32,000 nt of DNA, taken from contig JAPYVP010000003.1 of assembly GCA_028276785.1 (NCBI GenBank), positions 21,054-53,053 of the forward strand. Direction: 5' to 3'. Both the position numbers and the translations under genes were made by a program. The stretch's first letter is position 1; the number at the start of each line of letters is the position of its first letter. Below, piece by piece: positions 7,194 to 15,505 of the stretch. This DNA is from Candidatus Nanopusillus sp. GTDB taxonomy: Archaea; Nanobdellota; Nanobdellia; Nanobdellales; Nanobdellaceae. The notes under the pieces were generated by a model. The model had not been told where the DNA came from and did no database searches. It saw only the letters and a list, made by a program, of their open reading frames with translations.

Positions 7194-10100
7194 ATGGATA
7201 TAAATGATTATTTTGCAGAAATTAAGAAAAAGACATTAGAGGCCTATGAAATTGCAAAAAAAGCAAGATCTTTATCTTTAGATCCTGTTAATGATGTTGA
7301 AATACCAATTTCTGAAGATATGGCCGAGAGAGTAGTTAATTTATTATCAACTATTGATCCTATTATAAAAGAAATAAATTTACCAGAAAAAATTAGAGAA
7401 ATAGAAAAAACATATAAACCACTTTCATTTTCTACAATATTAAAAATATCAGAGTATGTAGCAGAACAAATATATAATAAAACTAAAGATAAAATTAGAG
7501 CTATAGAACTTGGATTAAGGGCAGGTTTTGCATATCATACTTTGGGTGTAGTAGCTGCTCCGACGGAAGGAATTGTAAAAGTAATAGCAAAAAAAAGAAT
7601 GGATGGAAAAGAATACATTTCTGTATTTTATGCTGGACCAGTAAGATCCGCTGGTGGTACCCCACAGGCATTTTCAGTTGTAATTGCAGATTTTTTAAGA
7701 AGGAAATTTGGATATGAAAAATATGATCCTACGGAAGATGAAATCCAAAGATATATAATTGAAATTTATGATTATAAGAGGGCAGCTCATTTACAATATA
7801 CACCAAAGAATGAAGAAATAGTGTTTGCAGTTAGAAATTTACCAATTGAAATAAATGGAGAACCTACAGAAAAAATAGAAGTTTCTGCATATAAAGATTT
7901 GCCAAGAGTTGAAACAAATTATATAAGAGGAGGGGCTGTTCTCGTTCTTGCTGAAGGTATATGTCAAAAGGCTAAAAAAATATGGAAAGAATTATCAAAA
8001 ATTGCAAAAGATTTTAATTTAGAAGAATGGTCTTGGTTAGATGAATTAAAAAAATTGCAAGAAAAATTACATGGAGGATCTTCTGATTCCTCTGAAATAG
8101 TAAAACCAAATAAAAAATATTTAGAACAATTGACTGCTGGGAGGCCAATATTTTCTTTACCATCTGCTAAGGGTGGATTTAGATTAAGAATGGGAAAATC
8201 AAGGACAAACGGACATGAAGCATCTTCCATACATCCAGTTGCAGCAATTTTAACATATAATTTTTTAGCATGGGGGACCCAATTTGCTGTAGAGAGACCT
8301 GGAAAAGCTTCTGCAATTACATTTTCAGATACAATTGAACCTCCTGTAGTAAAGTTAAAAGACGGTTCTGTAATAAAGGTAAAAGATGAGAAAAAGGCAA
8401 AAGAATTAGTTGAGAAGAATTTAGTAGAAAAAATATTATTTTTAGGAGATATTTTATTTACATATGGAGATTTTTTAGATAATGGACATCCTTTAGTTCC
8501 TTTAGGATACTGTGAAGAATGGTGGATATTGGAATTTGAAAAAAATGCGAAAGAAAAAGTAAATGGATTTGAGGTTGTTTTTGATATGTTTAAACCAAGG
8601 AAATTATTTGAAATAAAAAATTTAGAAAAATTATCAGAATATTTGGATATCGATAAAAATACTTTAGAAAATTACATCAGAGATCCGCTAAGAAATAAAC
8701 CAGATTTCATTAATTCATTAAAGATATCTATATTATTAAATGTTCCATTGCATCCGGAATATACATATTTCTGGAAAGATATAAGTTCACAAGACTTTAC
8801 ACATTTATTAAATTATTTAAAAGAAAAGGCAAAAATTTCGTATAAAGAAATTAAAATAAATGATGAAAATTATAAAATTGCCGATAAAATTGAAATTGAA
8901 TATGATGATAGAATAAAGAATATATTAGAAGAAATATTAATTGAGCATAAATTGGAAAATAATAATATTATAATCGAATATCCAAACTCAGCATCATTAT
9001 ATATACAGTTAGGATATTTTGAAAAAGTTCCAGAATTAAATAATGAAAAAAATGGATATGAACTGGTAAATAAAATATCAAAAGTTATTGTTAGAGATAA
9101 GGTTGGTACATATATTGGGGTTAGAATGGGAAGACCCGAAAAAGCGAAAATTAGAGAATTGAGAGGTTCAATAATGGTCCTATTTCCCGTAGGAGAAGAA
9201 GGGGGAAGGATGAGAAATCTTTTAGAATCAATGAAATATCAAAAAATTGTTTCAGATTTAAGAACTTATTATTGTCCAAATTGTAAAACATATGTTCCAT
9301 ATAAAAAATGTATATTTTGTAATTCAGAAACAAAATTATTGAAGACAGAAGATGGAAAAGAACATAAAAAATATGCAATACAAATTTCTAAATATGTAGA
9401 AGCGGCATTAAAAAATCTTGGATTGGATCCTTCTCAATTGCCAAAAATAATAAAGGGACCAGAAGGTTTAAGTTCAAGAAATAAACAACCAGAAAGATTG
9501 GAAAAGGGAATATTAAGGGCAAAATATGGTATATTTGTATTTAGAGATGGAACAGTAAGATTTGATGCCATAGAGGTACCAATTACATACTTTAAACCAA
9601 AAGATTTAGTATATACCCCAATAGAAAAATTAAGAGAATTGGGATATACTCAAGATATTTATGGAAATCCATTAGAAAATGAAGACCAGATATTGGAATT
9701 AAAACCTCAGGATATTATATTACCAACAATAGGTCCATTAAAGAAAGGTGGTAAACTAAAAAAAGATGGATTTTTAATTTCTTTAATAAATACTGCCAAA
9801 TTTATTGATGAAGAATTAGAAAGATTATATAAAATGAATAAATATTATAATGTAAAAAGACCGGAAGATTTGTTAGGCCATCTACTAATTGTTTTAGCCC
9901 CACATACTTCTGCAGGTACTGTTGGAAGAATAATAGGATTTTCAAGAACTCAGGCATTACTTATGCATCCAATGATGCATGCTGCAATAAGAAGAAATTG
10001 TGATGGGGATGAAGGAACAGTATTATTATTATTAGATGCTCTATTAAATTTCTCTAGAGAATATTTACCGGATAAAAGAGGAGGAACTATGGATGCTCCA

Positions 10101-10751
10101 TTAACAATTACAATAAAGGTTAAGGGAATGGAAATAGATGATGAAGTACAAAAGTTTGATACTGTTTGGAATTATCCACTAGAATTGTACGAAGCAGCAT
10201 TACAATATAAACCTCCAGAATCTGTAAAGATACAAATATTTAAAGAAAGAATTGATACATCAGAAGAATATATAAATTGGGGATTTATGCATGATATAAA
10301 TTCTATTAGTGAAAATGGGAATAAAGTTTCTGCATATAAATCTTTAGGAGAAATGTTAGAAAAGTTGAATTTTGAATTAAAATTGGCAAAATTATTAAGA
10401 TCTGTAGATCCAAGTACTGTTGCAAGTTTAGTAATAAATCTACATTTTGCAAGAGATATAAAAGGTAATTTGAGAAAGTTTTCCGAACAAGAATTCAGAT
10501 GTATAAAATGTAATAAAAGATTTAGAAGGCCACCTTTATCTGGAAAATGCGATAGATGTGGAGGAAGAATTGTAATGACCGTTCATTATGGTAGTGTTGT
10601 AAAATATCTAGAACCAAGTTTGTGGCTAGCTGAAAAATTAAAATTAGATGAATATACGAGTTCTAGTTTAAGAGCATTAAGGATGAAAATAGATCAAACA
10701 TTTGGAAATCAATCTAAGGAAAGGCAAATCAAAGATTTCTTTAATTTGTAA
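7194..10751 (+). CDS. polC: DNA polymerase II (PolD) large subunit DP2
   Basis: Conserved blocks YAGPVRSAGGT, LAPHTSAGTVGRIIGF and RRNCDGDE..LLLLDALLNFSREYLPDKRGGTMDAPL, plus Cys clusters CPNC...CIFC and CIKC...CDRC. Length is 1185 aa with no intein-sized insertion. Confidence 0.95.
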   Translation: MDINDYFAEIKKKTLEAYEIAKKARSLSLDPVNDVEIPISEDMAERVVNLLSTIDPIIKEINLPEKIREIEKTYKPLSFSTILKISEYVAEQIYNKTKDKIRAIELGLRAGFAYHTLGVVAAPTEGIVKVIAKKRMDGKEYISVFYAGPVRSAGGTPQAFSVVIADFLRRKFGYEKYDPTEDEIQRYIIEIYDYKRAAHLQYTPKNEEIVFAVRNLPIEINGEPTEKIEVSAYKDLPRVETNYIRGGAVLVLAEGICQKAKKIWKELSKIAKDFNLEEWSWLDELKKLQEKLHGGSSDSSEIVKPNKKYLEQLTAGRPIFSLPSAKGGFRLRMGKSRTNGHEASSIHPVAAILTYNFLAWGTQFAVERPGKASAITFSDTIEPPVVKLKDGSVIKVKDEKKAKELVEKNLVEKILFLGDILFTYGDFLDNGHPLVPLGYCEEWWILEFEKNAKEKVNGFEVVFDMFKPRKLFEIKNLEKLSEYLDIDKNTLENYIRDPLRNKPDFINSLKISILLNVPLHPEYTYFWKDISSQDFTHLLNYLKEKAKISYKEIKINDENYKIADKIEIEYDDRIKNILEEILIEHKLENNNIIIEYPNSASLYIQLGYFEKVPELNNEKNGYELVNKISKVIVRDKVGTYIGVRMGRPEKAKIRELRGSIMVLFPVGEEGGRMRNLLESMKYQKIVSDLRTYYCPNCKTYVPYKKCIFCNSETKLLKTEDGKEHKKYAIQISKYVEAALKNLGLDPSQLPKIIKGPEGLSSRNKQPERLEKGILRAKYGIFVFRDGTVRFDAIEVPITYFKPKDLVYTPIEKLRELGYTQDIYGNPLENEDQILELKPQDIILPTIGPLKKGGKLKKDGFLISLINTAKFIDEELERLYKMNKYYNVKRPEDLLGHLLIVLAPHTSAGTVGRIIGFSRTQALLMHPMMHAAIRRNCDGDEGTVLLLLDALLNFSREYLPDKRGGTMDAPLTITIKVKGMEIDDEVQKFDTVWNYPLELYEAALQYKPPESVKIQIFKERIDTSEEYINWGFMHDINSISENGNKVSAYKSLGEMLEKLNFELKLAKLLRSVDPSTVASLVINLHFARDIKGNLRKFSEQEFRCIKCNKRFRRPPLSGKCDRCGGRIVMTVHYGSVVKYLEPSLWLAEKLKLDEYTSSSLRALRMKIDQTFGNQSKERQIKDFFNL

Positions 10752-10752
10752 T

Positions 10753-11490
10753 ATGTTTATATTATCTGGATTGGGACAAAATAAGGATGAAATACCTTAT
10801 GGATTAATAGAAGAAATAAAAAGTGCAGATTTAATATTTTTAGAGTACTATACGAATTTTATTGATGAAGAAACAAAAGAATTTTTATTAAATATAAGAA
10901 AAGATATAAGGATTGTTGATAGGAATTTTGTAGAATCTGATTTAGAAAAAATAATATTAAATAATAAAAATAAGAAAATAATTCTGATAACATCTGGAAA
11001 TCCATTATTTGCTACCACCCATATGTATTTTATAGAGCTTTGTAAGAAAAATAATATAGAATTTAAAATAATAAATTCACCATCAATATTTGATGAAATT
11101 GGAAAAATAGGTTTATTTTTATATAAGTTTGGAAGAACAGTTTCAATATCTTTTCATGAATCTACAGAATTTTATGACTATATTATAAGAAATTATAAAA
11201 ATAATTTACATACATTAGTATTATTAGATCTAGATCCGATAAATAATAGATATTTAGATCATAAAGAGGCAATAAAAAGATTATTGGAGATAGATAGTAA
11301 AAGAGAAAAAATTTTTAATGAGAATTTTAAGTTAATAGTATGCTCTAACCTAAATAGAAAAAATGAGAAAATATATTATAAAGAGATAAAGGAATTGTTA
11401 AATATAAATTTGGATCCTCCAGTATGTATTATAATACCGTCAAATTTAAATAAGATAGAGTTGGAATTTTTATTATGTATGATATCTTAA
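10753..11490 (+). CDS. dphB: Diphthine synthase (Dph5/DphB)
   Basis: From the internal Met: MFILSGLGQNKDEIPYGLIEEIKSADLIFLEYYTN, GNPLFATTH, SPSIFDEIGKIGLFLYKFGRTVSI, NLHTLVLLDL and DPPVCIIIP all parallel Pyrococcus Dph5. The track ORF start at 10702 lies inside polC, so I moved the start to the ATG at 10753, 1 nt after the polC stop. Confidence 0.85.
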   Translation: MFILSGLGQNKDEIPYGLIEEIKSADLIFLEYYTNFIDEETKEFLLNIRKDIRIVDRNFVESDLEKIILNNKNKKIILITSGNPLFATTHMYFIELCKKNNIEFKIINSPSIFDEIGKIGLFLYKFGRTVSISFHESTEFYDYIIRNYKNNLHTLVLLDLDPINNRYLDHKEAIKRLLEIDSKREKIFNENFKLIVCSNLNRKNEKIYYKEIKELLNINLDPPVCIIIPSNLNKIELEFLLCMIS

Positions 11491-12269
11491 TAGAAAAGAT
11501 AAGGTATAATTATCTTATACTATTCTTTTTAAGTATAGTAATAATAGTATTTTCTACATTATTGTCACTTAAATCTGGACCTTATGGTGGAATATTGATA
11601 ATTGCAATATCTTTAGTTCCTTTCGTTCAGATATATAATAAAATAATAGAAAAGGATGAAATGCTATCCGAGAAGATAAAATCAAAGAAAAATATATTTC
11701 TAAGATATAGAGAATATTTTACAATATCATTTATAATATTTTTTGCGTCAATAATTGGTTTTTATATAAGTTACTTAATAAATCACAATTTATTTTATCC
11801 TCAAATACAAACAATAGAAAGTATTAGAAGAGATATTATTGCTCTAAGTTATGCAAATGCAATACATACAAATAATTTTTTCACATATATATTGTATAAT
11901 AATATGATGGTATTACTGTTATTTTTTGCATTTTCAATAATATTTGGTGCTGGGGCAATATATTTATTATTGTGGAATGCCTCAATTATTGGAGTGTTCT
12001 TAGGTTTAAAAGCATCAGAATATATGTCAAATAATATTATACATAAATTTATTTTAGTTCCAGCTATTAGTTTAATAGAAATATTACCACATGGGATATT
12101 AGAATTTTTAGGATATTTTCTAGCAGCATTGGCAGGTAATATTTTATCTATAGCATTTATAAAAAACTTGGACAGAGAAAGTTTAGAAAACATACTTTCA
12201 GATTCTTTAACACTGTTTGTTCTAGCAATATTATTCATATTTATAGCAGCAGTAATAGAAGCTTTATAA
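11475..12269 (+). CDS. Polytopic membrane protein, SpoIIM/DUF95-like
   Basis: It has several hydrophobic helices, and the motif LIEILPHGILEFLGYFLAALAG resembles the PHGI(F/L)E signature of stage II sporulation protein M-like proteins. It overlaps dphB by 16 nt. Confidence 0.55.
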   Translation: MYDILIEKIRYNYLILFFLSIVIIVFSTLLSLKSGPYGGILIIAISLVPFVQIYNKIIEKDEMLSEKIKSKKNIFLRYREYFTISFIIFFASIIGFYISYLINHNLFYPQIQTIESIRRDIIALSYANAIHTNNFFTYILYNNMMVLLLFFAFSIIFGAGAIYLLLWNASIIGVFLGLKASEYMSNNIIHKFILVPAISLIEILPHGILEFLGYFLAALAGNILSIAFIKNLDRESLENILSDSLTLFVLAILFIFIAAVIEAL

Positions 12270-12291
12270 TTTAAATGAGAAAATATTTTAC

Positions 12292-12543
12292 ATGTATGAA
12301 TCATTTGATTATATAAAAGAAGGGATAATATATGGAAAAATAAAAAACATAATGAAAGATAAAGTAACAATAGAAATAGGGGGAAAAGAATATACATTTG
12401 ATAAACCTGTAGATATAAATAAATTAAATCCAGGCGATTATGTAAGATTTTATATGAAAAATAATAATATAGTTTATATTGAAAAGATAAGTCAAAATCT
12501 ATATGAGAATATTAAGAAAATTTTAGAAAGTTTAAACGAATAA
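12292..12543 (+). CDS. Hypothetical small protein (83 aa)
   Basis: The ORF is co-directional and tightly packed behind the membrane protein gene. Its mixed charged/hydrophobic composition is unlike the antisense ORFs. I recognised no family. Confidence 0.4.
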   Translation: MYESFDYIKEGIIYGKIKNIMKDKVTIEIGGKEYTFDKPVDINKLNPGDYVRFYMKNNNIVYIEKISQNLYENIKKILESLNE

Positions 12544-13092
12544 TTCTTTCTTGTTTTTAATTAAAAATACTAGCCAAAAAATAATTAAAAATATTGTTGT
12601 AAAAATCTCCCATAAAAAGGTGTGTAAAAAATGAGGGTCCATATCAAACATATAATAAAAATAAAAGACAGACCATAATCTAAATATATTTAGGATATAT
12701 AATACTGGAGAAAAAATAATAAAATAAAGTATTTTTTTCTTTATATTTAATATTGGTGTAGAAAATATTAGGGCAAATATGCCAAATAATGATTTAAAGC
12801 CAGTACATTCCTGATTAATTATAAAACTCATATTTTTTATATATAAAACATTATTTTCTAGTATAAAATCTATGTTTGAATAATATAATATTCTTGATAT
12901 AAATTCTGAATAACTTATCAAAAAACTATATGGTAAAACAATATAATAGTAGCTAAATAAGTATAGTGGTATTGAATATATTAGCATATTTGCGAGAAAT
13001 ACAGATAAAATTAATTCTTTTCTTAATCTATTATTTCTTTTTGAATAATCTATTAATTTATTGTAATATTTTTTTATTATATATTCAAACAT
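12532..13092 (-). CDS. Archaeosortase/exosortase-family protein (small, ArtE-like size)
   Basis: It is a multi-pass membrane protein with the ordered family signature Cys...Arg...His: IINQECTGFKSLFGIFAL (cf. exosortase V.EaCSGlrSL), NIFRLWSVF, and HFLHTFLWEIF. Confidence 0.6.
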   Translation of the reverse strand: MFEYIIKKYYNKLIDYSKRNNRLRKELILSVFLANMLIYSIPLYLFSYYYIVLPYSFLISYSEFISRILYYSNIDFILENNVLYIKNMSFIINQECTGFKSLFGIFALIFSTPILNIKKKILYFIIFSPVLYILNIFRLWSVFYFYYMFDMDPHFLHTFLWEIFTTIFLIIFWLVFLIKNKKELFV

Positions 13093-13543
13093 TTTTTACT
13101 TTTGCAGCAACCCCTATTTTAAAATCTTTAATCTCCTTTCCTGACAATAAACTTTCTCCTATTGCTAATAAATTATCATTTTTGTCCACTATTAATACAA
13201 TATCTCTTGGTAATATATTTTCATCTAAATTCTCAACAAATTTATTGAATACGGACTTTCCCTCTCTTATAAATTTTGTTGCTTCATCTTTTACAACAAT
13301 CCTATATTTTGGGAATTCTAACAATTCTTTTACTATTAGCCCTCCATAAAATGTTAATATAACAAATCCTGTTGTTGGTTCTATAGTTCCAAATAGCTTA
13401 TCATCTATATATACTCTCCTTATTCTTCCAGTTTTTTTACTTTTTTCTATTTTTATTTTTTCTCCATATTTTTCAATTATCTTATCTCCAACATTATTTC
13501 CAAACTGATAATTTAATATTTTTCTAATTGTTGATAATCCCAT
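13085..13543 (-). CDS. Stand-alone ArcTGT C-terminal-like module (pre-PUA/C2 + PUA domain RNA-binding protein)
   Basis: LSTIRKILNYQFGNNVGDKI...KKTGRIRRVYIDDKLFGTIEPTTGFVILT, then RIVVKDEATKFIREGKSVFNKFVENLDENILPRDIVLIVDKNDNLLAIGESLLSGKEIKDFKIGVAAKV. This matches the pattern of the archaeosine tRNA-guanine transglycosylase C2 and PUA domains. I chose the start at the internal Met (MGLST); the track start at 13582 would overlap the upstream gene further. Confidence 0.6.
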   Translation of the reverse strand: MGLSTIRKILNYQFGNNVGDKIIEKYGEKIKIEKSKKTGRIRRVYIDDKLFGTIEPTTGFVILTFYGGLIVKELLEFPKYRIVVKDEATKFIREGKSVFNKFVENLDENILPRDIVLIVDKNDNLLAIGESLLSGKEIKDFKIGVAAKVKNV

Positions 13544-14156
13544 AATAGTATAATATAAACTTTTGGGCCACCATCTGGGCAATTATACTATTATTGTTAT
13601 ATATAATGACTGTATTATTCCAATCATTAAAGATTATTCCATAGGAATCGTTTGTTGGCACTAAATATATTAATAATGTTTCATTTCTTGGTAAAATATA
13701 TGTCAAATTTTCGTAATTATTATTCATAGTATATAAAAAAACAAAATCATCATTTATACTATTATTCTCTAAAAAATATTTGCACCCAGAGCTGTTATAG
13801 TAGAAAGAACACACATATATAACATTTTTATTATACTTTAATAAATATATCAATATATAAAGAATTTCTGCATTGTAATATCCGCTCAATGTTGGATCAA
13901 AAATAAATAACTGATATTTATATTTATTTAATGAATTGTATAAACTTGTATTTGAATATATCGGTATAAATTCTAATTGTGTAATATTATAAGGTCCAGC
14001 GATAGTTATATTGTCTCGATTTGTGTATATATATGTCTCATTATCGTTAATATTATTTGCATAATTTATTATTCTAGGTTTGGTAGTTATTAATAATACT
14101 AAAATTATAAAAGCCACGACTATAACCAATAAATTAATAATTTTTTCTCTTTTCAT
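13524..14156 (-). CDS. N-terminally anchored, Asn/sequon-rich putative surface protein
   Basis: The N-terminal signal-anchor is MKREKIINLLVIVVAFIILVLLITT. I counted about 11 N-x-S/T sequons by eye in 210 aa (NET, NIT, NIT, NTS, NSS, NNS, NLT, NET, NDS, NNT, NNS). I recognised no family. Confidence 0.5.
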   Translation of the reverse strand: MKREKIINLLVIVVAFIILVLLITTKPRIINYANNINDNETYIYTNRDNITIAGPYNITQLEFIPIYSNTSLYNSLNKYKYQLFIFDPTLSGYYNAEILYILIYLLKYNKNVIYVCSFYYNSSGCKYFLENNSINDDFVFLYTMNNNYENLTYILPRNETLLIYLVPTNDSYGIIFNDWNNTVIIYNNNSIIAQMVAQKFILYYYGIINN

Positions 14157-14172
14157 ATATTAATCTTTTGAT

Positions 14173-14187
14173 AAATATATATAAATT
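14173..14187. promoter_or_regulatory. Central TATA-like element of a divergent spacer
   Basis: AAATATATATAAATT is centred ~26 nt from both start codons (14156 on minus, 14209 on plus). Confidence 0.4.
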
Positions 14188-14208
14188 TTCCAATTCTAAA
14201 AAATATTA

Positions 14209-14955
14209 ATGAGTACTAATGATGTAGAAGAAAAATTATTGGAGGTTCTTAAACAGAATGCTTATGGATTAACCATTTCTGAACTATCAAGAATCTTAAA
14301 TATTAATAGAATTACATTATCTAAACATTTAGAAATACTAAAAGAGAGGGGATACTTAAATTATAGGGTTGTCGGAAAAGCAAAAATATGGTATATAAAT
14401 GAAGATGTAAGCTTTTTAGAGATGATTCATGGAAATACACCAATAATAAAGTTAATTAGAAAAGATAAAAATGAATTCTATAGTATTTCTGATATAAAAT
14501 TTTTAATAATTCCTTCTGAAATATTTCAGGTTTTATATTTACAAGCTTTAGAAATAAATAATCTAAATTTCATTAGAGATTCTGGAAAAAGATTTGGTAT
14601 TATAATTTCAACTACATATAAAATGTATTCTGGAATGGAAAGAGTTTTAAATGAAGATTATCTAAAAGAAATAATTAAATTAATTGAGAAATTTGGTTTT
14701 GGAAAAGTAGAAGATATATTTATTGATATTAAAACATTAGATTTTTTAATTACATTAAGTTCATCAGTAGAATCTTTAGTATTAAAAGATGTAGAAGATA
14801 TATTAAAGGAAAAAAATGTAGAAATAAAGGAGTATTTTATGGAAGGATATTTTGAGGGTCTTTTAAGTACTTTATTTGGAATACCCATGATGGCAATAAA
14901 CAAATCCACATTGTATAAAGATCTAAAAACAGAATTCGTAATAAGAAAGAAATGA
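14209..14955 (+). CDS. Winged-helix transcription regulator with a C-terminal V4R-like domain
   Basis: The N-terminus LLEVLKQNAYGLTISELSRILNINRITLSKHLEILKERGYLNYRVVGKAKIWYI is a typical archaeal wHTH. The C-terminal FMEGYFEGLLSTLFG resembles the V4R-domain tail. The domain call is weak. Confidence 0.55.
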   Translation: MSTNDVEEKLLEVLKQNAYGLTISELSRILNINRITLSKHLEILKERGYLNYRVVGKAKIWYINEDVSFLEMIHGNTPIIKLIRKDKNEFYSISDIKFLIIPSEIFQVLYLQALEINNLNFIRDSGKRFGIIISTTYKMYSGMERVLNEDYLKEIIKLIEKFGFGKVEDIFIDIKTLDFLITLSSSVESLVLKDVEDILKEKNVEIKEYFMEGYFEGLLSTLFGIPMMAINKSTLYKDLKTEFVIRKK

Positions 14956-15455
14956 TTATTTGTATAACAGGGGTACCTGGTGTTGGAAAAAGTACAATAG
15001 CAAAGAAATTGGCTGAGCAAATTGGTGCTGTTTTGATTGATATATATGATTTTGCAATTAAGAATAATTTATATGAAGAATATGATGAGGCTGAACAAAC
15101 ATATATAATAGATGAAAATAAATTATTTCAAGAAATTGATAATTATATAAAAAAATTAAATAATAAATACATTATCATAGAGGGAAATTTTGCTCATTTA
15201 TATGATAAATGTGATCTATATATTGTTATAAAAACCGATCCAAATATATTATATGAAAGGTTATCAAAAGAAAGAAATTATCCATATAATAAAATTTTTA
15301 CAAATATATGGGCAATGAACCTTGAAGTTATAGAAGATGAGTTAGAAGAAATGAAAAAAGATTACTACGTTTTTTATAACAATAAAGAAAGTGATATTAA
15401 TAATATAATAATGGAAATAAAAAGATTAATAGAAAATAAGGAAAAAGCAAATTAA
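14952..15455 (+). CDS. Fap7 / adenylate kinase 6-like NTPase (small-subunit rRNA maturation factor)
   Basis: MIICITGVPGVGKSTIAKKLAEQIG..LIDIYDFA parallels archaeal Fap7 (MLIAITGTPGVGKTT.AK.LAE.LG). The 167 aa size is right. It has an ATGA overlap with the upstream regulator gene. Confidence 0.8.
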   Translation: MIICITGVPGVGKSTIAKKLAEQIGAVLIDIYDFAIKNNLYEEYDEAEQTYIIDENKLFQEIDNYIKKLNNKYIIIEGNFAHLYDKCDLYIVIKTDPNILYERLSKERNYPYNKIFTNIWAMNLEVIEDELEEMKKDYYVFYNNKESDINNIIMEIKRLIENKEKAN

Positions 15456-15476
15456 TAAAAAATTTTTGGTCCAAAA

Positions 15477-15484
15477 TTTATAAG
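15477..15484 (+). promoter_or_regulatory. TATA-box-like element for the thermosome gene
   Basis: TTTATAAG is preceded by the purine-rich CCAAAA (BRE-like) and centred ~26 nt upstream of the ATG at 15506. Confidence 0.45.
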
Positions 15485-15505
15485 TCTTATATATATAATA
15501 TATAT

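Noticed and set aside
10702-10752. Upstream extension of the diphthine synthase ORF (track start 10702). The same issue applies to the extensions 26101..26229 (KaiC-like), 29972..30034 (herA), 29985..30032 (rps13) and 13544..13582 (PUA protein).
   Set aside because: The extensions overlap the neighbouring gene or the divergent promoter spacer and add non-homologous residues. Homology to the respective families begins at the internal Met that I chose.
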